From: Planctomycetota bacterium
GTDB taxonomy: Bacteria > Planctomycetota > PLA2 > JAEUHO01
Direction of reading: 5' to 3'
NCBI GenBank assembly: GCA_965222115.1
Contig: CBDCTJ010000007.1
Coordinates: 1,408,001 to 1,472,000 of the forward strand
DNA length: 64,000 nucleotides
The position numbers and the translations under genes are program-made. A model generated the notes under the pieces. The model worked only from the letters and a program-made list of their open reading frames with translations. It did not search any database and was not told the origin of the DNA. Shown here piece after piece: positions 1 to 8,261 of this stretch. Every line of letters begins with the position of its first letter. Position 1 is the stretch's first letter.

Positions 1-1389
1 AAGGGAAGTGGTGCTGTGGTCTCAGTGCTTGTCTTCCCCGTGCGGCGCGAAGGCACGGCCAAGGCGTTGCTCCGGCAAGCGGTGGATACAGCGGTCCGCG
101 GGCGTACGCGCAGCGGCTTTGGCATGCTCGACCAAAAATCGTTTCAGATCCTCGGGCGCGATGGAAGCGACGCACGCATTGAGATTGCGTTGGCGAAAGA
201 GAAGGCGCTCGGTCACGCGCGACTTCTACGCATTGCCGATGCGCAATGGGCATTTGCGTGGGGCTATGCGCCCGAGAAGGCACCTGCCGATGTGGCCGGT
301 CTCATCAAGCGTGTGGTGACGAGTCTACAAACCACCGATCCAGCGCTGTTCACACTGCGATTCGACGAGCGTCCCACGTTTTCTCGCGAAGTCGTGACGG
401 TCAAGGGCGAGGAGGCGATTCGCCGCGAACACATCATTGCCCTGCAACTGCTCTTAGAGGCCTCACGTGGAGAGCGCTATCCGGTAGCCGTGCGTCCCTT
501 GTTGCGCAAGGCGCTGGTGGATGACGCTCGACGATCGAAGTCGAAATGGCGTGATGGGTTTCGAGAAGCACTTCGTTCGGTGCGAAAGGCGGAGCATCAA
601 CCGCTTGACGTACGCCGTAAGCTCTTTACCGAATGGGGTACGGCAATCTTCGCTGGTTATGTTCTTCGCTCCGTGCGACGTGAACTCGCCGGCATGAAAG
701 TCACTACGATCTGGGAGAAGCTAAGTGCACCCGTAGCAACGCATAAAGGTGAGTCGCTCAAAACCTGCGACTACTCCGCCCTGGCAGAAATGGCATCGTT
801 CTTCGCGTCACTAGGACTGGATAAGGGCGTGCCCGTGAGCGACGAGATCCAAGCGAGCCTCAAGAAGTCGCTCGCGAAACGTTGGACGTCCCTCTGCGAT
901 CGCGCGGGATTCCCGGATTCGCCTGCCAAGAACAAGCAGGCCGAACCAAAGAAAGACGATGCCGATAGCCAGTCCAAGGATGCAGACGATCCGAGTAAGA
1001 GAAACGAATCGCCGAAGAAAGACGAATCGCCAGCACTTACCGACGATCAGAAAGCCGCACGCGCCGAAGTCGAACGCCTGCAACACGCCGATCGTCAATG
1101 GGCCACGCTTCGCTACGCCTGGGACCGCGCCGCGCCCGAAGCACGTTTGGCGTTTCGCAAGGCGTTGGTCAAACGTGTGTTTGCGGACAGCGAGGAGAAA
1201 TCGAAGGCAATTGATGCGCTCAAGAACCGAGCTGCTCTCAAGCGTTGGTTTGAGGCGCAGGATGCGGAACAAGCGCCGAGTGCAGATGATATTGTGCGTC
1301 GCATGATGGAAATGACGGGGGAAGAGCGAGAGGGACTGATCGAGATGCTGGGGGTGGGGGACGCGGATGACTTGAGGTTTGGGTGGTAA
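1..1389 (+). CDS. Hypothetical protein, probably 5'-truncated by the window edge
   Basis: Frame 1 is open from base 1 to TAA at 1389 (>=457 aa). It has a charged low-complexity linker (KQAEPKKDDADSQSKDADD); no family recognised. Confidence 0.6.
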   Translation, partial: KGSGAVVSVLVFPVRREGTAKALLRQAVDTAVRGRTRSGFGMLDQKSFQILGRDGSDARIEIALAKEKALGHARLLRIADAQWAFAWGYAPEKAPADVAGLIKRVVTSLQTTDPALFTLRFDERPTFSREVVTVKGEEAIRREHIIALQLLLEASRGERYPVAVRPLLRKALVDDARRSKSKWRDGFREALRSVRKAEHQPLDVRRKLFTEWGTAIFAGYVLRSVRRELAGMKVTTIWEKLSAPVATHKGESLKTCDYSALAEMASFFASLGLDKGVPVSDEIQASLKKSLAKRWTSLCDRAGFPDSPAKNKQAEPKKDDADSQSKDADDPSKRNESPKKDESPALTDDQKAARAEVERLQHADRQWATLRYAWDRAAPEARLAFRKALVKRVFADSEEKSKAIDALKNRAALKRWFEAQDAEQAPSADDIVRRMMEMTGEEREGLIEMLGVGDADDLRFGW

Positions 1390-1612
1390 CGTACGGATTC
1401 GTACCGGGAGCAAATGCGCAACATCACAATTTGTGCCGGGAGCGAATGCGCGGAGAGCCTCACGTTCCCAGCCCTCCCCTCCCAGGGGGAGAGTGGAAGC
1501 AAGTATGCGCGGAATTCTCGTGCTGGAAGGCACAGAGCCTTTCCACCCTCCGTCGCGACCCTGCCACCGCCCCGGTTGGTATCATTCCCCGCCCTGTCTC
1601 GGAGGACCCTTG

Positions 1613-3241
1613 ATGCGCTCAACCCAATCAACGCTGTGGCGAACGGTCACATGCGGCCTCGCACTTGCATTTGCCATTTCATTGGGAGCATGCGGCGGCG
1701 ATTCCGGTGGTGGTGACTCGGCCGACGGCGGGAAGAGGCTGACTGTTGAATTGCGCTACGGAAACAACTCGCGGCCCTACATGCCGTGGCCCGAGGACGT
1801 GGCCAAGCAGTTGGCGGGAGCCATGGAGAGTGCGGGCATTGATGTGAAACTTCGGAAAGAAGAGTGGAACCCCTTCTTGGATCAAGTGAAGAACGGCGAA
1901 CACCAAATGGCGATCCTCGGTTGGTCCGCCGACGTGGCCGATCCCGACAATTTCCTCTATGTCTTGCTCGATAAGGACAATGCTCGTCCCGGCAGCGCCA
2001 ACAATATCAGTTTCTACGACTCCGAAGAAGTCCATCAACTACTCACCAAGGCCCAGCGCATCGGTGACAAGGCTGAGCGCATCAAGCTCTACAAGAAGGC
2101 GCAAGAGATTATCTTCGACGACGTGCCCATGATGCCGTTGGTCTACAACCTGAAACTCCACGCGCATCGCAAAGAAGTGTCACCTCTTGAGGTGCAGCCC
2201 GTTACGCATCCCCTGCTGCGACTGATCAAGACGCCCCAGGACGGAGACCTTGTGTATCTGCGCGGCAGCGATAGCGAGATGCTGGATCCCGCCGATGTTA
2301 CGGATGGCGAAAGTTCCAAAGTCATTGAGCAAATCTATGACACGTTGACGCGATTCAAGTCGGGTACGAGCGACGTGGAGCCTTCGCTTGCCGAGTCCTG
2401 GACGCACAATGATGATCGCACGCAGTGGACGTTTCGCATTCGAGGCGGCGTCAAATTTCATGACGGCACGCCCGTGAACGGCGCAGCGGTCGTCAATGCC
2501 TTCGAGCGTCAACGCGACGAGAAACACCCGCATCATTTCCCCGATGGCACGTGGAGCTACTGGAAAGACAACTTCAAGTTCGTGGACAAGGTTCGCTTGG
2601 GCGACGATCCCATGGACGTTGTGTTCGAGCTCAATCGCGCGGCGCCGCCGTTTTTCCTGTCGTTGCTTGCCATGTTTACCACGTCCATTCCATCGCCGAC
2701 GGCACTCGAGCTCCACGGCAAAGACTTCCGCCGCAACCCGGTGGGATCAGGCCCCTTTCGATTCGTTTCTTGGAAATCGGCCGTTGAGATCAAGCTCGCG
2801 CGCAATGACGACTACTGGGACGGCGCGCCGGCCATTCAGTCTGTTTCATTCCAAGTTTCCCGCGATCCAACCGTGCGCGCTGAACGCTTGGCGTCTCACC
2901 AGCGCGCGGACATCATCGACAATCTCGATCCCCTCACGGTCGAAAAGCTCGCCGCCGACCCGGGCGTAACGATTGAGAAAATCCCCGGCCTCAACGTGTG
3001 CTATGCGGCCATGAACACACAAAAGCCCCCCTTCGACAACAAACTTGTCCGCCAGGCGATCGCGCATCTCGTAGACAAAGACCGCATTGTCAAAATCGTC
3101 TACCGCGGCGAAGGCAAGCCCGCCACGACCCCGCTTCCTCCTACGTTATTTGGTCACAATAGCGACATCGTGGATCGCAAGCGCGATGTGAAGAAGGCGA
3201 AAGAATTGCTGAAGCAGGCGGGGTATGGGGTGGGGGATTAG
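1613..3241 (+). CDS. dppA: Dipeptide/oligopeptide ABC transporter substrate-binding lipoprotein (SBP family 5, DppA-like), circularly permuted
   Basis: GGAGG at 1601-1605 precedes ATG 1613, and the lipobox is LGAC. DppA motifs RPYMP, LGWSADVADPDNFL, LDPA..DGES, LAESW..WTFRIRGGVKFHDGTP, PVGSGPF, PFDNKLVRQAIA and KAKELLKQAGY are all present but in rearranged order. Confidence 0.92.
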   Translation: MRSTQSTLWRTVTCGLALAFAISLGACGGDSGGGDSADGGKRLTVELRYGNNSRPYMPWPEDVAKQLAGAMESAGIDVKLRKEEWNPFLDQVKNGEHQMAILGWSADVADPDNFLYVLLDKDNARPGSANNISFYDSEEVHQLLTKAQRIGDKAERIKLYKKAQEIIFDDVPMMPLVYNLKLHAHRKEVSPLEVQPVTHPLLRLIKTPQDGDLVYLRGSDSEMLDPADVTDGESSKVIEQIYDTLTRFKSGTSDVEPSLAESWTHNDDRTQWTFRIRGGVKFHDGTPVNGAAVVNAFERQRDEKHPHHFPDGTWSYWKDNFKFVDKVRLGDDPMDVVFELNRAAPPFFLSLLAMFTTSIPSPTALELHGKDFRRNPVGSGPFRFVSWKSAVEIKLARNDDYWDGAPAIQSVSFQVSRDPTVRAERLASHQRADIIDNLDPLTVEKLAADPGVTIEKIPGLNVCYAAMNTQKPPFDNKLVRQAIAHLVDKDRIVKIVYRGEGKPATTPLPPTLFGHNSDIVDRKRDVKKAKELLKQAGYGVGD

Positions 3242-3455
3242 AAGGTCTTACAACCTATTGGGCACCCCGTCTTACTGCTTGTTTCTTGGCATTGGAATTG
3301 GCGTCGTTGGCACGCTACTGCTCACAGATTCGAAGCAGGCTACGGAATTCGACGCAGGTCGCGCGTTCTCGGGTTGAGTCAACGTCTTTGGAGAAGTTTT
3401 CGGCTGGGGGCCGAGATTTCATCCTCGACACAATCGGCGCAACACAATCAGTCAC

Positions 3456-3561
3456 CGGTCCCGAAGGGACATACGCGGATAGCCCAGGGTGCACAACGAG
3501 CGTAGCGAGTTGAAACCCTGGGACAAAACGCAACAACAATCTCAGCGCCCTGTAAGGGCGC
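3456..3561 (+). repeat. REP-like structured repeat, copy 1 (three hairpins)
   Basis: GTCCC-GAA-GGGAC (3458-3470), then GATAGC, a CCCAGGGT...ACCCTGGG stem (3483-3522), and GCGCCCT-GTA-AGGGCGC (3545-3561). Confidence 0.8.
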
Positions 3562-3594
3562 AAGCGTCTCCGCCAACCGATGCAACGTCATGAG

Positions 3595-4047
3595 TCAGTC
3601 CCAAATGTAGCGCTCGTCGTACACAACAAGATTTTGCTCAAACAGTTTCAGCAACTCTTCCTTGTACGTCCATTTGCGGTGGTGTTCTCGTTGGTGCTCA
3701 ATGTAGTCAATGACAGGTTCTTTGTGACTTGGGCTCACCGAGAAGGCGCCGTATCCATTCTGCCATCTAGAGTCGGCGAGTAGCGGTACCGAATCTCGGA
3801 TCCATCGCGTCGATCCAGTCTTGATGTTCTGAATGACCTTTGAAATGGCCTTGGTACGAGGAAGACTCAACATCAAGTGGATATGGTCATCTACGGATCC
3901 TGCAGACAGGAGTACTCCCCCAAGTCTTCGGACGATTCCTCCGATGTAGCTGTGCAGTTCACTCCGCCACGCGTCGCCTAGCAATGGCTTCCGGCCCTTT
4001 GTACTGAAGATTACATGAACCAAGATGTTGGAGAGTGATTGCGACAT
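3595..4047 (-). mobile_element. tnpA: IS200/IS605-family Y1 (HUH) transposase, REP-associated tyrosine transposase (RAYT)-like
   Basis: 150 aa with HVIFSTKGR, the HUH motif DHIHL, WQNGYGAFSVS and the catalytic YIEHQ..HH. No tnpB is adjacent, and the gene is flanked by inverted palindromic repeats. Confidence 0.92.
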
Positions 4048-4210
4048 GCACCTGCCTCAGAGTCGAACCCGTCTTGAATCTCGGCGCTCGACGTCGACGT
4101 TGCTAGATGCCGGCCCCAACACACTCTTCGCACAACTCCGTTGCAGGTAACACGTCGGGACGGATTCTTCATCCACCAGAATGGTTGGGATGCCTCTGCA
4201 AGTCGCACTA

Positions 4211-4302
4211 CCGCCCTTACAGGGCGGCGGATTATTGGGGAACCTCATACCAGGGTTCGGAAGCCTCACCCTTCGCTATCAGCTTCCATGCCTTCGGCAT
4301 GG
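4211..4302 (-). repeat. REP-like structured repeat, copy 2 (inverted relative to copy 1)
   Basis: The reverse complement reads CCATGCC-GAA-GGCATGG..GATAGC..AGGGTG..AACCCTGG..CCGCCCT-GTA-AGGGCGG, the same architecture as copy 1. Confidence 0.8.
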
Positions 4303-4519
4303 CCCTGTCTTCCATATGCCCAAGGACGAGTAACGGGTATTGGCCTAGCCCAACCACCAGGCATCCTTGGAAACGTCTCCGCGCATGTTTCCGCCGTCAA
4401 TACTACGAACGCGCCCTAGGAGCTTCATGATCTGTCCCTGCCACCTCTCTTGATCTGGGCAGAGCCACATCTTGTGTCAAGGCGTATCGTCAACACCTCC
4501 GAGTAACACAACCCTTAGA

Positions 4520-4650
4520 CGGTCCCGAAGGGACATACGTTGATAGCTCGGAGTGCCCGCGAGGAAACAGTGCGGGAGCGCAGCGAACTGAAACCCGGGG
4601 ACCTCGTGAATGAAACACAAACTGACCGCCCAGTATGGTTGGACGGGGCG
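4520..4650 (+). repeat. REP-like structured repeat, copy 3 (diverged)
   Basis: CGGTCCCGAAGGGACATACG is identical to copy 1. It is followed by GATAGC, GAGCGCAGCGA, TGAAACCCGGGGAC and a degenerate CGCCC...GGGCG terminal hairpin. Confidence 0.75.
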
Positions 4651-4770
4651 TGCGCAGGTTGAGATTCTGAATACCAGGGATCGGGCGAGGCGAAGGATTG
4701 AGATTCAGCTTCCGAAAGAGCGGGCAAGCAACAAGCGTATCGGCTAATTCAATATCGAATCAACCGCCCA

Positions 4771-6597
4771 CTACTTTAGGCGTGACAATTGTATGTCCAC
4801 AGCTGTCACTTTGTTCGGAAACACTTGAAACTCGGTGCTCGCTTGTTCGTACCCTGGCATCATGATTGCCAATAGATACTCCCCAGCCGGGCAACTTGTC
4901 AGCCACTCCCTTTGTTTGGGTGGAGTCCTCGTGTTGGATAGTGGAACTTGAATTCTTGCTGGGCCAAACTTCCCTGTGATGTTGTTCTTCAGTAGGGCCA
5001 TGAGCCGGGAACCGTAAATTCGTTGTCCACTGGCATTCTTTACTCGTACGAAGAACCCAGTGGGAGGTGGAAGCCGTACTTGATATTTGAGATTGTTCCC
5101 GGCTTCAATTTTTAGCTCTTCTCTCCTAACACCGTCTCGTACCCAAACTTTCAATTCGCGATCGGGAACACCTTTGAACGACCATTCGTTTCTTGTCTTG
5201 GAGCGCAGGCCGTCCAACAAGAATGAGAAATTGTTCTCCAGCCGAACTTCGAGGCTTAACTCGCTGGGAATCGCGACTTCTTTCGGATAATCATGCTTCA
5301 CGACTATCGAAAGTTCGCGGCGACTGAAAAAACCATGCCACGGAACTCTGACTCTCTCCCATCGAGCATCTTCATTGTGCTTCCATAGGCGCACCGTCGT
5401 GGCGATGGTGCCATACCCTGGGGAACTCACCTCGAGTTTCGCGTTTTGAGGTAAATCCGCCGAGCTGGTCCTAGATCGTCTTACGAATCCGGAGTACCTA
5501 GCTCTCCCAATTGATTGTTCACTTTTGAAGCCGTCTCGGCTTGAGCGCCACACGTCTTTCCAAAGGACGCGTTCCGTAACGAGCTCACATTTTGTTTGAC
5601 CGCCCGCCAACTTCTTCAGGCGCAAGACAGGCATCCCTGCGTCGAGTGGCTTGTTGGAATCCACCTCTTCTAATTCTAAAAAAAAAGCTCGCAATTCGTG
5701 CAGCGTAAACAGCACGTTTGCTCGACCAACTCTTACTACTTTGCTACTTAGAGACACAGTTCCACGTCCGGCATCGCCGCGGCTAGTACCGGCATATCCA
5801 GACGCACAGCAGCATAGTTGCACAGCCGATAGGTTGTTGGAAACTGATATTGAAAAGCTGCCATCGTTAAGGGTTCTCGTACTTCGCATGTTTACAGCAG
5901 CCGGTGCGGAGCCATTTCCTTCGTCGCTCCATGAACCTGAACAGCGAGTAATCAATTCTTGGCTTGCTCCAATGGGCAGGCAGCATACCTGGGCTTTTGC
6001 GATAGGCGCGCCAGAATCATCCACAACTCTGCCCGACACGGTTGCACCTAACGGGTCCATCCCAATCTCGTGGGCACCAGAATCAGAGATGACGCTTAGT
6101 ACCTCGCTTTGCATCTCCTCAATCGCGTCTTCGTACCCAGCCGATCTAACGATTAGTTTCAAGACCTCTCGTGAACTGGGGATTTGGGCGGTCCCCTTTT
6201 CGCCCGATGTTCGACGGAAAACTACATCTTCATTCTTCAGCGCAAGCAAGTTAGATGATCGCCTGAGTCCCCAGATATGCGCGTTGGAGATTGGGAGCTT
6301 CGTTTTTCGGTCAACTACCGAGACCGCGAAAGAAGTCCCTGCTTCGCTCGGCTCAGGCATATCCTCGCTTGCGTCCTGCAACGAATCTACCACGCTCCCC
6401 TCAAGTGTGCTGTTCGACGAAAGTCCTACATCGTCTCCCAAGATCGCCGTGAGGTGACTATATCGGTCGTCGGCCCGCGCTGATCTCGTAGCTGTCGTGT
6501 CTTGGATCAGCGCCAAGTACAGAAAGTAGCCCGCGCAGGCAGCCATGACTCCTACACATATGAGCAGTCGGGGCGACCGCTCAAATAGCGTTCTCAT
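4771..6597 (-). CDS. Membrane-anchored protein with several carboxypeptidase-regulatory-like (Ig/prealbumin-like) beta-sandwich domains
   Basis: ATG at 6597 overlaps the upstream stop (ATGA). There is an N-terminal TM helix, and repeated motifs VSVVDRKTKLPISNAHI, VSGRVVDDSGAPIAKAQV..DGSFSI, VRVKNASGQRI..GEYLLAIMMPGYE. Confidence 0.75.
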   Translation of the reverse strand: MRTLFERSPRLLICVGVMAACAGYFLYLALIQDTTATRSARADDRYSHLTAILGDDVGLSSNSTLEGSVVDSLQDASEDMPEPSEAGTSFAVSVVDRKTKLPISNAHIWGLRRSSNLLALKNEDVVFRRTSGEKGTAQIPSSREVLKLIVRSAGYEDAIEEMQSEVLSVISDSGAHEIGMDPLGATVSGRVVDDSGAPIAKAQVCCLPIGASQELITRCSGSWSDEGNGSAPAAVNMRSTRTLNDGSFSISVSNNLSAVQLCCCASGYAGTSRGDAGRGTVSLSSKVVRVGRANVLFTLHELRAFFLELEEVDSNKPLDAGMPVLRLKKLAGGQTKCELVTERVLWKDVWRSSRDGFKSEQSIGRARYSGFVRRSRTSSADLPQNAKLEVSSPGYGTIATTVRLWKHNEDARWERVRVPWHGFFSRRELSIVVKHDYPKEVAIPSELSLEVRLENNFSFLLDGLRSKTRNEWSFKGVPDRELKVWVRDGVRREELKIEAGNNLKYQVRLPPPTGFFVRVKNASGQRIYGSRLMALLKNNITGKFGPARIQVPLSNTRTPPKQREWLTSCPAGEYLLAIMMPGYEQASTEFQVFPNKVTAVDIQLSRLK

Positions 6598-7154
6598 TGA
6601 CACGTGCAGCCGGAATTTGAAACACCAGTCCAAATGGGGGGGTCTAGTGGCATCGGCGGGGTCCACACGATGCCGACGTCCTCGCAAGTCAAGGAGGATC
6701 CGATGCACTCGCCCTCACAGCCCTTCCAAAGCGTGTTCCCACTCTGAGGGTCACTGTATCGAACTGAATCGCACAGCCAGGGTCCGTTCCCGCCGACTTG
6801 GTCGGGATAGTGCCAACCAAAGTGAGTCCCGCTAATGAATATGGGGCAGGTACACGTCGCCCGAGTCACCACCGTGCCCGCTAGCCCTGAGGGATGTCCG
6901 GCTGGTACCGTGTATCCTGGGAAGTCCTGAAGTTGACAATCCGGAACGGACCCTCCCGGGCAGGGTCCATCGCAGTCTATGACCTGAAGAAAGTCAAAGA
7001 AAATTGGCGTCCCTCCGATAGTCAACCAGAAGCCTTCGTAGTGCAGCGTCTTGCCGCGGCACTGGCCAGATTGCGCGGACGCTATATTAAACCCACCGAG
7101 CGCAATCGAACATATCGCGACCAATAAGGGAGCAATTCCTATCCAAAACCTCAT
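6594..7154 (-). CDS. Secreted cysteine-rich protein with two tandem 6-Cys (cystine-knot-like) modules
   Basis: AGGAGGA RBS at 7162-7168, a signal peptide with an ASA|Q cleavage site, and 12 Cys in the mature part arranged as 2 x C-CxGxC-C-CTC. Confidence 0.85.
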   Translation of the reverse strand: MRFWIGIAPLLVAICSIALGGFNIASAQSGQCRGKTLHYEGFWLTIGGTPIFFDFLQVIDCDGPCPGGSVPDCQLQDFPGYTVPAGHPSGLAGTVVTRATCTCPIFISGTHFGWHYPDQVGGNGPWLCDSVRYSDPQSGNTLWKGCEGECIGSSLTCEDVGIVWTPPMPLDPPIWTGVSNSGCTCQ

Positions 7155-7175
7155 TCGTGTATCCTCCTGCTAGAT

Positions 7176-7535
7176 TTATGCCCTAGACTGACTAGACGCA
7201 CGCCAAATTTCGAGACTCGTGATAACTACTAGGCCGCTCACTACCATCGCTATCCCATCTGACATCTTAGCCGCCCCAAGGCAGCCACATTGACCGACAG
7301 GTCGCGGGTGCAGGAGTCGTGCGAAGGCTGCGCCAGCGTATGCGAAAGCCAGCACAAAGGCAGTGGGCCTTGCAGTAATCGGTACGGCAATTCCGACGGC
7401 GCACAACAGCTCAAGTAAGGCGACTTCCGTGTTTGGTCCCTGGCGATCGGGAGATGATCCGTCCCCTGAGAGCTTTTCATAGACTGCCCACACTAAGAAC
7501 AGGACTAAGGACCAACGCAGGGCGTGCCAGTACAT
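7176..7535 (-). CDS. MauE/DoxX-family redox-associated membrane protein
   Basis: GAGGAG RBS precedes ATG 7535. The protein has ~4 hydrophobic segments, an ELL..G motif and the MauE-type CGCLG motif. Confidence 0.72.
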   Translation of the reverse strand: MYWHALRWSLVLFLVWAVYEKLSGDGSSPDRQGPNTEVALLELLCAVGIAVPITARPTAFVLAFAYAGAAFARLLHPRPVGQCGCLGAAKMSDGIAMVVSGLVVITSLEIWRASSQSRA

Positions 7536-7795
7536 TTGAGACTCCTCACTCCTCAACCCTATACGAGCCTTTGGGACGAAGCGCCGAAAAGCTGAGAGAA
7601 ATCCACACGGATCTAAATTTATGTTTTGAACCCGCTCCATAGGCCGATGTGACTAGGCAAGATCACTTGAGATATCTAGCACTGAGCCTGGACATAACAC
7701 TACATCCGTGAATCTAGGCCCTTGCCACTCACCGCGGAGTCCACATTGGCGCAAAAGGTCGCGCTGCTTAGGTTGAGGCGCCTACGTTCTTGTGC

Positions 7796-8191
7796 TCAAT
7801 TCAAAATCGAATCATCCGCCCACTCCGGCGTCCACACGATTTCGCACGGTTGCAGCGTGTCAAACTCGTCCCACGAGAGATTGAACGTGAAGATCCAGTC
7901 GGCGACATCCAGGCGAATGTCGAGATCGAGCACGAACGAGTCTAACTTGCGATACGTGGACGTGCGGGCGCGCCGGAGTTTGCGAATCAGCTTGCGCATA
8001 TCGGGGTCTTCGCCTGGGACCGCAGCCGTTCCGAGTTTGCCGTTGCCGCAATTCCAAATGAACTCGGCGACTTGGAGATTGGTCTCCTTGTCCCACTTGA
8101 GGAAGCCGGGTTCAAAGGCAATGAGCGTGAATTGCACGACTGCATTGGCCTCCTTGAGAACAACGTCCTCGGGCTTGATGAACTTCTTCAT
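7796..8191 (-). CDS. Hypothetical protein (131 aa, soluble, acidic C-terminus)
   Basis: Composition is protein-like from MKKFIKPEDVV, and a purine-rich AGAAGGGG lies upstream. The longer ORF-track start would overlap the next gene. Confidence 0.65.
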   Translation of the reverse strand: MKKFIKPEDVVLKEANAVVQFTLIAFEPGFLKWDKETNLQVAEFIWNCGNGKLGTAAVPGEDPDMRKLIRKLRRARTSTYRKLDSFVLDLDIRLDVADWIFTFNLSWDEFDTLQPCEIVWTPEWADDSILN

Positions 8192-8261
8192 ACCCCTTCT
8201 ACGCACGAGTGCGCGAAAGGTAACATATCGCCACAAAGCCCGGGCGCATCTCCGAAGACGG

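Noticed and set aside
1465-1498. Rho-independent terminator after the first ORF
   Set aside because: A GC hairpin (CTCCCC...GGGGAG) is present but has no U tract, and it occurs only once here.
6600-7061. CS-alpha-beta defensin fold (C..CxxxC..C..CxC)
   Set aside because: Less likely, though not excluded. CxxxC must be helical in defensins, but here it contains a central Gly (and Pro), the C4-C5 loops are 25-27 aa, and the protein is not cationic.
6594-7154. Methylamine dehydrogenase small subunit (MauA), suggested by the MauE neighbour, 12 Cys and several Trp
   Set aside because: There are no MauA motifs (CDYWRHC, YRDCCG, IIWC), no Tat signal, and no mauB/D/G nearby.
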